In this document: positions 1-13,211 of the stretch, piece by piece
How positions within the stretch are numbered: position 1 is the first letter of the stretch
How the letters are laid out: every line of letters begins with the position of its first letter
Assembly: GCA_964016885.1 (NCBI GenBank)
Contig: OZ024751.1
Span: 17,856,001-17,920,000, forward strand
Length of the DNA stretch: 64,000 bases
Direction: 5' to 3'
DNA from: Eledone cirrhosa
Taxonomy: Eukaryota
The notes under the pieces: model-generated
Databases searched by the model: none
What the model was told of the DNA's origin: nothing
Seen by the model: only the letters and a program-made list of their open reading frames with translations
Made by a program: the position numbers and the translations under genes

Positions 1-38
1 ATGCATACATACACATATATATACACATATATACACAC

Positions 39-84
<46 letters not shown>

Positions 85-86
<2 letters not shown>

Positions 87-297
87 CAAAGGAATTGTGG
101 TAAGGAACCAGATGGACCATAACGTACCAGAGTACTTAATACTTAGTTCCAGAGTACTCAATACTTAGAGTAGTAGAGTGGGAAAAAGTATGACCCCTAC
201 GGCAGAACTCATGCCGTTTCGACGGCTATTTCTGGACTCAGAGTCCAGAAATAGCCGTCGAAACGGCTTGAGCTCTGCCGTCGGGATCATACTTTTT

Positions 298-300
<3 letters not shown>
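85..300 (-). mobile_element. Fold-back element family A, copy 1 (probable PLE-derived non-autonomous element) in (TA)n
   Basis: Near-perfect inverted repeat 181-299 centred near 240 (gacggctatttctggactc-a-gagtccagaaatagccgtc) plus a unique tail (ggtaaggaaccagatggaccataacg) shared with other family copies; flanked by (TA)n on both sides. Confidence 0.75.
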
Positions 301-349
<49 letters not shown>

Positions 350-939
350 TATATATTTTTACATAATACAGAAACAGAGCCCCTTTTATTTGCTCTAGGT
401 TGAAATTTACATTGTATAATATCTGAATAATTAAAAGGGTCTATAACCCCCCCCCCCCCACACACACACACACAGATATTCAGGCATATACATACACAGA
501 ATGGAGACACATACTTAATCGCACACACATGTCCAAACGTATACATTTGCAACAGCAGACAAAATTCATAAACACAAACACACAATCACATTTAAACATA
601 TTTACACATAGGAGCAAACAAATATCAGACATACATACAGTAAGAGACACATAGTCATAGACATAAACTCGCACGCAATCACACGCAGATTATATGCATG
701 CATATTTATAATCACACAGTGAGAAACACGAAGGCTTATAATAAATGTAATAGCGAGGTTTGTGAGCAAATTTGGACTTAGTGGGAGTTATATGTTTTTA
801 TTTATGCACAAATTGATATACCAACCACGCACATACATAGGTACAAACCCATATGAATAGATAGATACATGCATATATATATATATATATATATACTATC
901 CAGGAAGCTCCAAGCGTTAAGGTTGTATTTTTTTCAGGG

Positions 940-1085
940 TATGTCAATATTTATTTATAAAACTAATCTGTATTGTATTTGATCTGATGAAAGCGCACCA
1001 TAATTTGCCTTGGTGGCCCTTGAAATATGTATAATAAAATAAATATGGTTTTATAAATATAGTTTCCATTTGTTAATATATTGTA
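940..1085 (+). mobile_element. Family B short element with hammerhead-like motif (984-1031)
   Basis: CTGATGA-AAG-cg-CACCA-loop-TGGTG-gcc-CTT-GAAA-TATGTA; a homologous copy lies on the minus strand at 35570-35720; ends in (TA)n. Confidence 0.6.
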
Positions 1086-1158
1086 TATATATATATATAT
1101 ACGTATATATGTATATCTAGTATGTATATGTATATTTTAATAAGTATATATATATATA

Positions 1159-1590
1159 TATTAGTAAAAAGGAAAAGAAAATGGTAACAAATTTTTCCCA
1201 GTGAAAAATAGTTTAATTAGGAATAAATATAAATTAGTAATAAGTATTGGTTAGTATTCAGTTTTAGTTTTAAGTTTTTACCGGTTGCGCATTTCTAATG
1301 CTTTTCAAAAATAATTTTGAGATAGAGCGCTCGTGATTTTTTGCTCTAATTTTTGCTCAGATTAGAGCAAAAATCACGAGCGCTCTATCTCAAAATTATT
1401 TTTGAAAAGCATTAGAAATGCGCAACCGGTAAAAACTTAAAACTAAAACTGAATACTAACCAATACTTATTACTAATTTATACTTATTCCTAATTAAACT
1501 ATTTTTCACTGGGAAAAATTTGTCAGCATTTTCTTTTCCTTTTACCAATATATCACAACTCGTGTGTTACACCTGTATTTTTTAAAATAT
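1159..1590. repeat. Long palindrome (about 190-bp arms) with a degenerate U3-A8 hammerhead motif in each arm
   Basis: Arms 1159-1350 and 1361-1551 are near-perfect reverse complements; right arm reads TTGAAAA-GCATT-aga-AATGC-GCAA-CCGGTA (1402-1431); flanked by (TA)n. Confidence 0.8.
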
Positions 1591-1671
1591 ATATATATAT
1601 ATATTCCTCAACTTCCAACAAGCATGAACTATGTAGAATTGTCTCCTGTGTTTTGTTCGTTCATTTTCAAC

Positions 1672-1778
<107 letters not shown>

Positions 1779-1857
1779 TAATTGTAAAGACTATTTTGAG
1801 TTTCTAACTCATTATATACCTTTGATATATACATATATACATACATATAAGAGAGAC

Positions 1858-1890
<33 letters not shown>

Positions 1891-1900
1891 GTTAGAGACT

Positions 1901-1936
<36 letters not shown>

Positions 1937-1937
<1 letters not shown>

Positions 1938-2296
1938 TTCTTTATTTACCATAAAGGCATAAAAAGAAGGGACAAATACAAAGGGGGAGTTTACATATAA
2001 TCGAGTAAAAAGGGTGTAACATGAAAATAATCGAAAATAACCTCAAAAGGGAGGGGACGTGATGGGGGTTGCACACACCCCCGAAAAAGTGTGCAATCCT
2101 TTGCCCGGGGAGCACATGGAGAAGGTGCTCCCCATCTCCTTTACTTCTTTACCTACAGGATGGTATACAGAGAAGGCCCATTTACACGAGCCATTCTCGC
2201 CACTATCACCCACCTTTCATAAAACTGCCTGTGGCCAAGCACCTCTCTCTCCATTCTTATCCTTCTTCCGAAGTGATATCGGAAGAAGTAGACCAG
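1937..2296 (-). mobile_element. 5'-truncated diverged subfamily copy of the Tx1/L1-like LINE (ORF2 C-terminus plus 3' UTR) inside (GATA)n
   Basis: Aligns by eye to 12950-13355 (ccttcttccgaa.tgatatcggaagaa, ccattctcgccact, gcacacacccccgaaaaagtgtgcaa); GATA repeats on both sides. Confidence 0.85.
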
Positions 2297-2309
2297 ACTT
2301 TATCTATAT

Positions 2310-2355
<46 letters not shown>

Positions 2356-2789
2356 CATCGTATAAAATTGCATATTCAACAAAGATCTACTTGTTTATAA
2401 ATAACAGCTATATTACATCAAGTCTTGACATCTAAAATGGTAGGTTATGTTGGCATCATAGGTTTAATTATATAATATTAAGTTATGGTCACGATTGGAA
2501 TGTCTTTTGTCATAGGTCTGTTCAATCAGACGTTGAATAACAACGATAACAACCTCATTAACCATCATCACAACCAAAAAATCGACAAGAACCATATCTG
2601 TATATATAAAAAGGAGCTCGTACATATATTTAACACATAAGTACACACATGCTCACACAAACACTGATATGCATGAAATTACACATGCATATATTATACG
2701 CACACTCTCACGTAGATATTTACACATTACACAGAAACTTTATTTAGAATAAAGCAATACTGGTCTCTTCTCTTTTACAACAACTCCTA

Positions 2790-3660
2790 TAGTCAACTAC
2801 ATATTCTGAAACTACGACCCGTCCCCTTACTAAATACCACCTTCCGTTCTGCTCACACTTTACTTTTTGTGTTACCCTTAACACATATTTTACACATACG
2901 TACACACATGCTCTCATATCGCACTGAAACTACGACCAATCTCCTTACTAATGTACACCCCTCACTTACACCCTAGTTTTTGTGTTACCCTTTACACATA
3001 TTTTATAAACACGTACACACATACTAACATATCGTTCTGAAACTACGACTCATCCCATTAAATACTCCCTATCTCACTAGCACCCAACTTTTTTTGCTAC
3101 CCTCAACACAGATAGTTTCCACATACGTACACACATGCTCACATATCGTTCTGAAACTACAACCCATCGCCTTAAAATACCCCTATCCATCTGGCACCCT
3201 ACATTTTGTGCTACCCTTAACACAGATATTTTACACATATATACACACATGATCACATATTCTGAATCTACAACTAATGCCTTTACTAATGCACACCTCT
3301 CGCTCGCACCCTAGTTTTTTGTGTTACCCTCAACACATATTTTACAAAAATGTACACACATGGTCACATATCGTTCTGAAACTACGAACCTACCCCTCGC
3401 ACCCTTCAGTTTTGTGCTACCCTCAACACAGATATTTTATACATACGTACACACATGATCCCATATTCTAAATCTCCTTTACTAATGCACCTCCACCTCG
3501 CTCACACCATAAATGTTGTGCTACTCACAACACAGACATTTTACACACACGCACGCACATACATCGTTCTGAATCTACGACCCATCTTCTTACTAATACA
3601 CCTCCCCTCACTGGCACCCTACCTTTTGTGCTACACCCTCAACACAGAAGTGAGACAGAC
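2790..3660. repeat. Diverged minisatellite, unit about 115 bp, 7-8 copies
   Basis: Recurring ctgaaactacgacc...ttttgtg(t/c)taccct(t/c)aacaca..tattttacacatacgtacacacatg. Confidence 0.85.
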
Positions 3661-3903
3661 CATAGTTTCAGCTTACAACCTAATTCCTGACACCCCACGA
3701 ACATCTCCCTACGGTCTACGACAAATCTTATGATGACCGACCACAAAACAATAGCCTTTAACACACTAGATGTAACTTTTGAGACGGCTTTATATGCAGA
3801 GAACACGAATACAGGATTATCTCCCGCTGCTGCTTCTCTATAATAATAAATATCTAAAAAAATGTCCTCTTTCAATTCCACCCCAATTTGTTGTTTCTGT
3901 TGC

Positions 3904-3904
3904 T

Positions 3905-3965
<61 letters not shown>

Positions 3966-4442
3966 CACTACTACCACTACTACTACCAATATTAATACCA
4001 CTACTATTACCACTACTACCACCACCACTACTACTACCAATACTAAATTTACTACTCCTACTGCTACTACTCCTACTACTACTGCTACAACTACTACTAC
4101 TACTACTGATACTACTACTACTACTACTGCTACAACTACTACTACTCCTACTGCTACAACTACTACTACTCCTACTGCTACTACTGCTACTCCTACAACT
4201 ACTACTACCACTACTATTACCACCACTACCACCATTACTACTACCAATACTAATATTACTACTATACCACTACTGCTACTACTACTACTAGTACTACTAC
4301 TACTTTTTTACTCGTTCTTTAACCTATCTATTTCGCTTACATTCATCTATTTATTCATCTCTATCTTCCCTTTACTCTCTCTCTCCCTCTTTCTCTACTC
4401 TAACTATATATATGTGTGCGTATATGTATATACATTATATAC

Positions 4443-4528
<86 letters not shown>

Positions 4529-4550
4529 TATATATATATATATATATATG

Positions 4551-4590
<40 letters not shown>

Positions 4591-4780
4591 AACATATATA
4601 TATATATACATATATATACCTATATATATATGTGTATATATATATGTATATATATATATACATATATATATATGTGTATATATATATATATATATATACA
4701 TATATACATATATATACCTATATATATATATGTGTATATATATATATATATATACATATATACATATATATACCTATATA

Positions 4781-4857
<77 letters not shown>

Positions 4858-4900
4858 TATATACCTATATATATAAATGTGTATATAAATATTGAATGGG

Positions 4901-4965
<65 letters not shown>
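3904..4965. repeat. (CTA)n-derived low-complexity tract followed by long (TA)n/(TACA) tracts
   Basis: Direct reading; source of the spurious poly-T/L/V and YIYI ORFs. Confidence 0.95.
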
Positions 4966-4972
<7 letters not shown>

Positions 4973-5719
4973 CCCATTCAATATTTACTCTTGAAACTAC
5001 TCGGATTCCCGCCTCTCACCCCCACCCCGCGCCCTACTTTTCAACATTACACCATATCCCGCCAAGCTTCTCCACCTCATCCACCCCCGTCTCATTCACA
5101 TCACATTAAATCTCTGCATGTCTGAATTATTTTTTCCCGTCTCACACTACTCAACTTCCTTCTTCTCTTTCTTTCTTTTATTTTCTTTCTTCTGCTTTCA
5201 TTCAATCCTCCGATTTCTCCTTTATTTCTTTCAATTGTCGTTTCTTTTTTTTTTTCTTTTTCCTTAATCACTTTTTAGTACTTTCCGTTCTCTCTTATCC
5301 TTTCTTTCTCTCCTTCTCTAATTCTCTCATTTTTTTCCTTCTTCTGCGTTCTTTCAATACTTGTCCTTTCTTCTCTTCAATTCTATCTTAATTATCGTTT
5401 TTTTTTTTTAAAGTTATTCTATTTTTATCGCTTTCTTTCCCTTTTTTCTGCTCTATCCTATATCTCATTCTCTCATCTTTTCTTTCTTAACTTCTTTCTT
5501 TTCTTCATGCTTTCTTCATTTCTTCATCTCAAGCTCGTCTTTTTATTTCTATCACCCACATACACATACATACACACATGTAAGTACATGTATGTCCACA
5601 CTCAAACACACACACACACAAACACACACTCTCATAAATATGCACTCACTTTTGCTTAATAGCTTTTTGTCTAACTTTTCTTTTACAATCACTATCTCTT
5701 TCGCTTTTTCTGTCAATTG

Positions 5720-5770
<51 letters not shown>

Positions 5771-5845
5771 CTCTATATTTTCTGTCTCTCTAACTCTCTC
5801 TTAATCATTCACTGTCTCTATCTTTCATTCTCTCCTTTCTCTGTC

Positions 5846-5881
<36 letters not shown>

Positions 5882-6061
5882 TACACATACACCCACTGAC
5901 ACACACACACACACATCTTTCCACTCTTCTCTGTTTTTTTTTCTCTCTCTCTGTCTATCTCCCTCTTAATCACTCACTGTCTCGCTATATCTTTTATTCT
6001 CTCCTCCTTTCTCTGTCTCTCTCATCTCTCATGTTAACTCTGTTCGTTCATTACCATAACT

Positions 6062-6344
6062 CAGTGATTCTCAACCTTTCTTTGCCAACGGCCCACCTTC
6101 GAACACATGATAAAATATCAGCACACCTGGCAAAATATATATGAAAATAATTGTTTCTACTTTTGGCACAAGGCCAGCAAATACCCAGTACATTACAGCT
6201 ACTTTATTTTATCGACCCCGTAAGGATATTTTTCATATATATTTATTAACTGTTTCATATAGAATATTTTTGTTCTTAGTGTGGCGTTCAATATTTCGCG
6301 GCACACTTAGGAAGATCTCGCGGCACACTGGTTGAGAATCACTG
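6062..6344. mobile_element. hAT (Charlie-like) MITE with a nested SINE fragment
   Basis: Perfect 15-bp TIR CAGTGATTCTCAACC/GGTTGAGAATCACTG; 8-bp flanks ccataact/ccataagg (6/8 match); SINE 3' piece at about 6147-6227. Confidence 0.8.
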
Positions 6345-6799
6345 CCATAAGGTAACAATATATTTTCCATTATCATTGGTTGTGTGGCTAATAACAAAAA
6401 TCATTATTATTTCTTTCTTATTGTCTCTACGCCGGGCAGATGGAGCAGATATATTACGAAATTCATCCCAGCTAGTAATGACCATCCCGACTAAAGCAGG
6501 AATTACACCAATTATAATATATTGTTCTGTTTCTAAAAACTGCGAGTAGGGCAAGATTAAAGCTATTAAATGCCTTGGATTAGAGAAGATTTGTGCACCC
6601 TAACATCTACTTACACGCAACTCTATGAAAATTCCAAGTACATGAACGTGGGCCTGAAATTAGAACGATGCTCAGATTGCAACATAGATTCATGCCGTTC
6701 TCTAAAATGGAGGTGAATCCCAAAGGAGTACAAATGAATTTAGTAAGAATTATAATATTCAAAATCTGGACAAAAATGTCACGTTTCATAGCTATATAG

Positions 6800-6860
<61 letters not shown>

Positions 6861-6865
<5 letters not shown>

Positions 6866-7066
6866 CGAAGGAAATGTGGTAAGGAACCAGATGGATCATA
6901 ACGCACCAAAGTACTCAATACTTAGGGTAGTAGAGTGGGTAATAGGAACGAGTAGGAGCCCGACGGCTGAGCTCAACCCGTTTCGACGGCTAATTCTGGA
7001 CTAAATTTAGTCCAGAATTAGCCGTCGAAACGGCTTGAGCTCAGCCGTCGGGGTCCTACTTGTTCC

Positions 7067-7068
<2 letters not shown>
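6861..7068 (-). mobile_element. Fold-back family A copy 2
   Basis: Same tail and palindrome (6942-7068) as 85-300; (TA)n flanks. Confidence 0.75.
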
Positions 7069-7094
<26 letters not shown>

Positions 7095-7097
<3 letters not shown>

Positions 7098-7332
7098 AAC
7101 AAAGAAGGTGTGGTAAGTTACCAGGCGGACCATAGCGCACCAGAGTACTCGATACTTAGCGTAGTAGAGTGGGTAATAGGAAAAATAATCAGGGCCCCGA
7201 CGGCTGAGCTCCGGCAGTTTCGACAGCTAGAACCTAACTAAGCCAGCACTATTCAATACTGCTGGCTTAGTTCGGATCTAGCCGTCGAAACGGCTAGAGC
7301 TCAGCCGTCGGGGTACTGACTGTTTTCCCTAT
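7095..7332 (-). mobile_element. Fold-back family A copy 3 (diverged, longer central stem)
   Basis: gccgtcgaaacggctagagctcagccgtcgggg arm and shared tail; starts in (TA)n. Confidence 0.7.
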
Positions 7333-8419
7333 ATTTAAAATGAGCAAGGACACCCTCTGCTGTAAACCCCTGGGCTGTATTCCGCTCGTGCCGTACATAA
7401 ATACGGTAATGACGGTAGGCTTTTTTGCTATTTTTAGTAGGCCACTTAGGCCTCATTCAAAAACTGAAATCTTCAGTTAACGAAATGTCTAAAGTCTCAT
7501 CGAAGACAAAAATCAATTTAAGCCAATAGTGCAATATCGGGATGTAACATAAATTACATATCAATGATCTTGTAAAATTAATTATTCATGTTTTTTTCCT
7601 TCAGTACAATGGCGACTGAAAACAAATACGCTGAGAAAAATATATAGTTTCTGATTTCAGAACAAGGGCAACAATTTTTTTTCGTGGTGGTGTTGGTGGT
7701 GGTGGGGGCGGATTCGATTATATCAACCCTAGTGAATTACTGGTACTTTATTATATTATATTGACCATGTAAGGATGAAAAGTAGAGCTAACATCGGCAG
7801 GATTTGAATTTAAGAAAAAATAATCCGATCAATTACTGCTGCAGCCCTTTTTCTTTGTAGCTCTCACAACCTGGAGGTTTCGATGGATCATTTATAAATG
7901 TCAGTTTATATGTGTAGGTCACTTTTTAGTGCTACTGATAACATGTAACCCAGTATAACCTGTCGCATGGTCGGCTCGTCAGCGACTCAACCGGCAAGCC
8001 CACCAAGTTTACTTGGTGAGGAGGGTGATTTTGGACACCCTGCAGGACAAAAAAACAAAACCTGACAAAGGGCGGAAGAAATCATAAGAGTCAATGGGCA
8101 TCTAAAAAAAAAAAATAAAGATAAAAAAAAAATTCTGCCAAATCAATGGGGGCAGAAGTTCCAGCTGCACCCATCGACGAAAGACCGGTGTAGTGGTTCT
8201 GAAAACAACATGCCTTTGCAGATGATGAATATAAATTTACAATGGAAAGGCGCTCCCGCTCGATTTAGAAGAAAACTATTGACATTCAGGAGATGCTACC
8301 CCTTATTGTATTCAGCAACTGAAACAAATATGAAGTACACCAAATCCAATGCTCCTAGGGGCGGCCATGGTTTTTCTTATTTGCGAGTGTAAACTCAGCC
8401 AGATTAAATTAGACTCGCA

Positions 8420-8596
8420 GTATCGGTAAAGCGTTGGACGCCATGCTTTGTAGCATAGAGTTACGCCCCTTTATGATCTGAGTTCAAATCCCACGGTGGT
8501 TAACTTTACATTTCACCCTTACGAGGACGATAAAATAAAGTACCAGTAATATACTGGTATAATTGCTGGCCTTGTGCCAAAAGTAGAAACAATTAT
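8420..8596 (+). mobile_element. tRNA-derived SINE (main family)
   Basis: Matches the family consensus: A-box-like gcagtatcggta, B box gagttcaaatccc, central tttca(t/c)ccttacg..gataaaataaagtacc, tail gctggccttgtgccaaaagtagaaacaatt. Confidence 0.8.
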
Positions 8597-8883
8597 ATGT
8601 GTATAAAAGAACAAACATTTGACTGAATGAGTTAGCAAAACAACCTCATCCTCCTTATCATAAACATGGTAGTCATTATCTTAATCACTATCATCAAGCT
8701 GTACATGTGATTCTACCTTCTCCTCTTGCTTCATTTCTTCGTCATCTACCTAATTATCATCATCATCATCATCATCATCATCAGTCTGTTGTTAGCGTGA
8801 TTATTATTGTCATTAGTATTAATGTTGTTTATCTGGTTGTTATTAACCGGACATGGTTTTATTTTTATATAGACACACACACA

Positions 8884-8929
<46 letters not shown>

Positions 8930-8933
8930 TATA

Positions 8934-8981
<48 letters not shown>

Positions 8982-9028
8982 AGTATATGTACACATATAT
9001 ATATATATATATATGTGAGTATATGTAG

Positions 9029-9061
<33 letters not shown>

Positions 9062-9065
9062 GTAG

Positions 9066-9210
<145 letters not shown>

Positions 9211-9279
9211 ATATATGAGTATATCTACATATATATATATATATATATAGATATATAGATATATATATGTGAATATATG

Positions 9280-9369
<90 letters not shown>

Positions 9370-9539
9370 TATGTACATATATGCAATCTACAAAGGCAGA
9401 AACTGCATGGTTCAGTCGCAGTTCGATTGGATGGTCGACTGTCTGGTTGGCTGGTTAGTTGGTGGGTTGGTGGGTTGCTTGGTCGGTTTGGCTTGGTTTG
9501 ACTCGGTTATCGCTTGCTTCGGCTTGGGCTGGGCTGGTG

Positions 9540-9760
9540 TGTCTATGATAACTTGGAGTGAGAGTGTCTTTCAGCCTGTTTCCGGTGCTAATGCCCACTG
9601 CCGGACAGTATGGCTGCCATCGGAAATAGATAGTCATGACATCTCGCCATGTTGAAGAACGATCGAGAAGCATTGGCCGGAAGTTCAGCGTAAAAAAAAA
9701 AAAGAGAAGAATCTATGGACAACCGGAAGTCGTTTTCAGTGTCTTGTCGTGTGGAACCTA
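9540..9760. promoter_or_regulatory. Promoter-like unique island (two ETS sites, one YY1-like start motif)
   Basis: CCGGAAGT at 9677-9684 and 9723-9730; AACATGGCG on the minus strand at 9645-9653; relatively CpG-rich and non-repetitive. Confidence 0.45.
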
Positions 9761-9807
9761 ACAGTAATTTATACGCAATAGCGATACGAGGATTACACAG
9801 TTATATT

Positions 9808-9838
<31 letters not shown>

Positions 9839-11814
9839 TCGTGTATGTATGTCTGTGTGAGGGTGCTTGCGAGTATATGTGAGCGTGCGCTTGTCGATAG
9901 GTAGACCAGCAAAGAGAGAGTGAACGAGAGAGAGAGAGAGAGAAGGGGAGGGAGAGAGAGGGGGAAGAGAGGGAGTGAGAGAGCGAGAGAGAGTGAACGA
10001 GAGAGAGAGAGGGAGAGAGAGAGAGGGGGATGGAGAGAGAGAGTAAAGTAGTGGGAGTGTTATGTGGGGATGAGTAAGTGAGAGAAGAAATGAAAAGCTA
10101 TGGAAAAAAAAGATTGAATAGAAAGATGGGAGGAGGAAGAGGAAAGGGCTTATAAATAGGGATAGGGTAGCAGAGAAGAGGAGGGGGGAGAGATTATGTC
10201 CAAAGAAAGGGTATTCGAGTGTGAGTTTGTGTTGGTGTGATTGCGGGTATATGTGCTCCGCAAATAGTATGTTGATGTTGTGGTGGTGTAGTAATGTATA
10301 CGTCTGTAACGAGTGGATTGTTTTTTTGGTGGTGGGGGTCATGGTGGGGAATTTTATATGGGACTGGATTGAATGATGTATTATGATAGTGAAATGTGTG
10401 TTTGTGTATGTGATTTTGTACGTACTGGTGGCGGTTGAAGGGATGCATGTGTGGTGGTGTTGTAATTGTGAGGGTGGTGACGGTGATGTATTGGTCTGTG
10501 GTGAGTGGTGTAGTGGTTGGTGGTACGTGTGTATCGTTCTGGTGGTAGTTGCAGTAAATATGTCCTACGTTATAAGAGTTTGTTTTTATGTATGTGATTG
10601 TGTTGGTGCTGGTACAGGTTGAGGTGGTTCATGAGTGGTGTTGTAGTTGTGGTGGTGTTTACGGTGATATATTAGTCTGTGGTGCGTGGTAAGTGCTGTA
10701 GTTGTTGGTGGTATGTGTTTGTCTTCCTGGTTTCAGGTGTAGCAGAAGTGTAATGGATTATGGGAGTTAGTGTAATGCTATCAGTCAGTGGTTTTGCTGT
10801 TGTTTATTCCACGTTGTTACTGATACAACAGAGCTATGATCAAAGACATTTCGGCTATGAATACCCTATCAATTTTAGACAGATTGTGCATGACTACATC
10901 ATGAAATAAGCTCATTATTTTAAAAAGAATTTCCGAGAGAGTTGACTGCTATCTCTAATAGGTTGTTCACCCGGTTGAACCTCGCTGGTTGCAATATTGT
11001 ATGAGCTGGGCTACTAGTTGAGGTGCTAGATTTTGTGACAGTAAAGGCCGTTTAAGGACTATTTTCCTAAGAATTTTCGAAATTAGGAACAGAAAAAGCA
11101 CATTATCAGAACACAAATGTTGCTGTTCCTAAGGTGGTACCGGAAGTTACTTGGAAGTTGATGAGAATGTCTGTCGTTCTCACTGATATACGTGTTCAAA
11201 GGAATTAAGAAAGCCCTCGATTCCTGCAAAAACCGGTGGTGATAACGGGGAAGAGATGGAAAGAGAGGGTAGCTACTATCAAATACAATAAGGGAAATGG
11301 GTAATAAAGAAGGCCTGCCTCACATCAGTTCATTACCTCATCCACTCGCGAGAATAGGATCGCCATGGAGGCCTCGCAATGTCCCACAAATGAATCGAAA
11401 ATGTAATTTTGTGTGAGTATGTAATCAACCGACTTTGTGCATTGAGAAGGAGTTTTAAGCTCATGTGACGAGGAGGTCTTTTCTCGTAAAGAACAACTAG
11501 AACTTTACTTTCCTGAGAAGAAATACTTCTCCTATGGAAGGAAGTGTATCACGCATATGGAAGAGCACATCCTTCTGTTTATTTTAAAATTTACATCCAT
11601 TTACATGACCAAACAAGTGTCAATCATTGATGCATATGAAATGCGTCAGCACATTCCATATGATATAGAGTCAAGGAAAGAGATGGGATCAGATAACAGG
11701 CCAGAACAAAAAATTACAAAATAGATCATTTAGCGATAACTCGTTTTCATAATGTTTATGGGATTTTACATGTCAACGATCAGCAGTACGAGAGTCTCTA
11801 TACATCCATACTGT

Positions 11815-12351
11815 AAATAATGGCTTCTAATATTGGCACAAGGCCAACAATTATCCCAGTGCATTACTGGTACTTTATTTTATCGACCCCGTAAGGATGA
11901 AGTTAACATCGGCGGGAGTTGAACTCAGACCGTAAAGGACCGTAACTCTATGCTGCAAAGCATGGCGTCCGAACCTCTACCAATACTGCCAATCCACCGT
12001 CCTAATATTAATATTAATTATAATATTATAAGAGTGACTAGGTCGATGGATTGGCAGAACCGTTTGAGTGATGGCCGAAATGATTTGCAGCATTTAATTA
12101 CTGCTCTTTGCGTTCCGTGTTCAAATCCCGCGCAGGATCACAAATCCCGCGCAGGATCACATTGCTTTTCATCCTTCAGAAGTCGATAAAATAAAATACC
12201 CGTTAAGTACAGAGGTTAATATAATCAACTATACGTTCCACTCTTCTCCCAAATTGGTGGCCTTGTGCCAATATTAGAAGCCAATTGTAAATAATTGTTT
12301 CTACTCTTGGCACAAGGCCAGCAATTATCCCAGTGCATGACTGGTACTTTC
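11815..12351. mobile_element. Cluster of three main-family SINE copies (minus 11815-12000, plus 12045-12285, minus fragment 12288-12351)
   Basis: Same A/B box, central and tail motifs as the family consensus. Confidence 0.75.
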
Positions 12352-12352
12352 A

Positions 12353-12890
<538 letters not shown>

Positions 12891-12893
12891 GGT

Positions 12894-12947
<54 letters not shown>

Positions 12948-13211
12948 TATTTCTTTTATTTGCCACTAGGGCATCAAAAGTGGGACAAGTACAAAGGGGG
13001 GAGTTTACACAAAAAGGCGTCCTCAATAAGGAGAAGGCAATAACAAAATATAAAAATAAAATAAGATATAACAAAAAATAAAATTTTTAACAAAATCCTC
13101 AATAGAGAGGAGGCGCCTTGGGGGGTCGCACACACCCCCGAAAAAAGTGTGCAACCCTTCTCCTCAGGTGCACAGAGAAGGGGTGCTCCCTTGGTCTTTT
13201 ATCTTCCTCAC

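Noticed and set aside
2790-3660. Regular repeats suggesting a CRISPR-like array
   Set aside because: Whole units are homologous, there are no unique spacers, and the context is eukaryotic.
3639-5109. Long ORFs rich in T, L, V or YI (mucin-like or transmembrane-like)
   Set aside because: Translations of (CTA)n and (TA)n microsatellites, open in several frames only because the repeats lack stop codons.
9588-9650. MARCHDYLF as a Rab-like N-terminus
   Set aside because: No P-loop (GDSGVGKS) follows and the frame stops after 20 codons.
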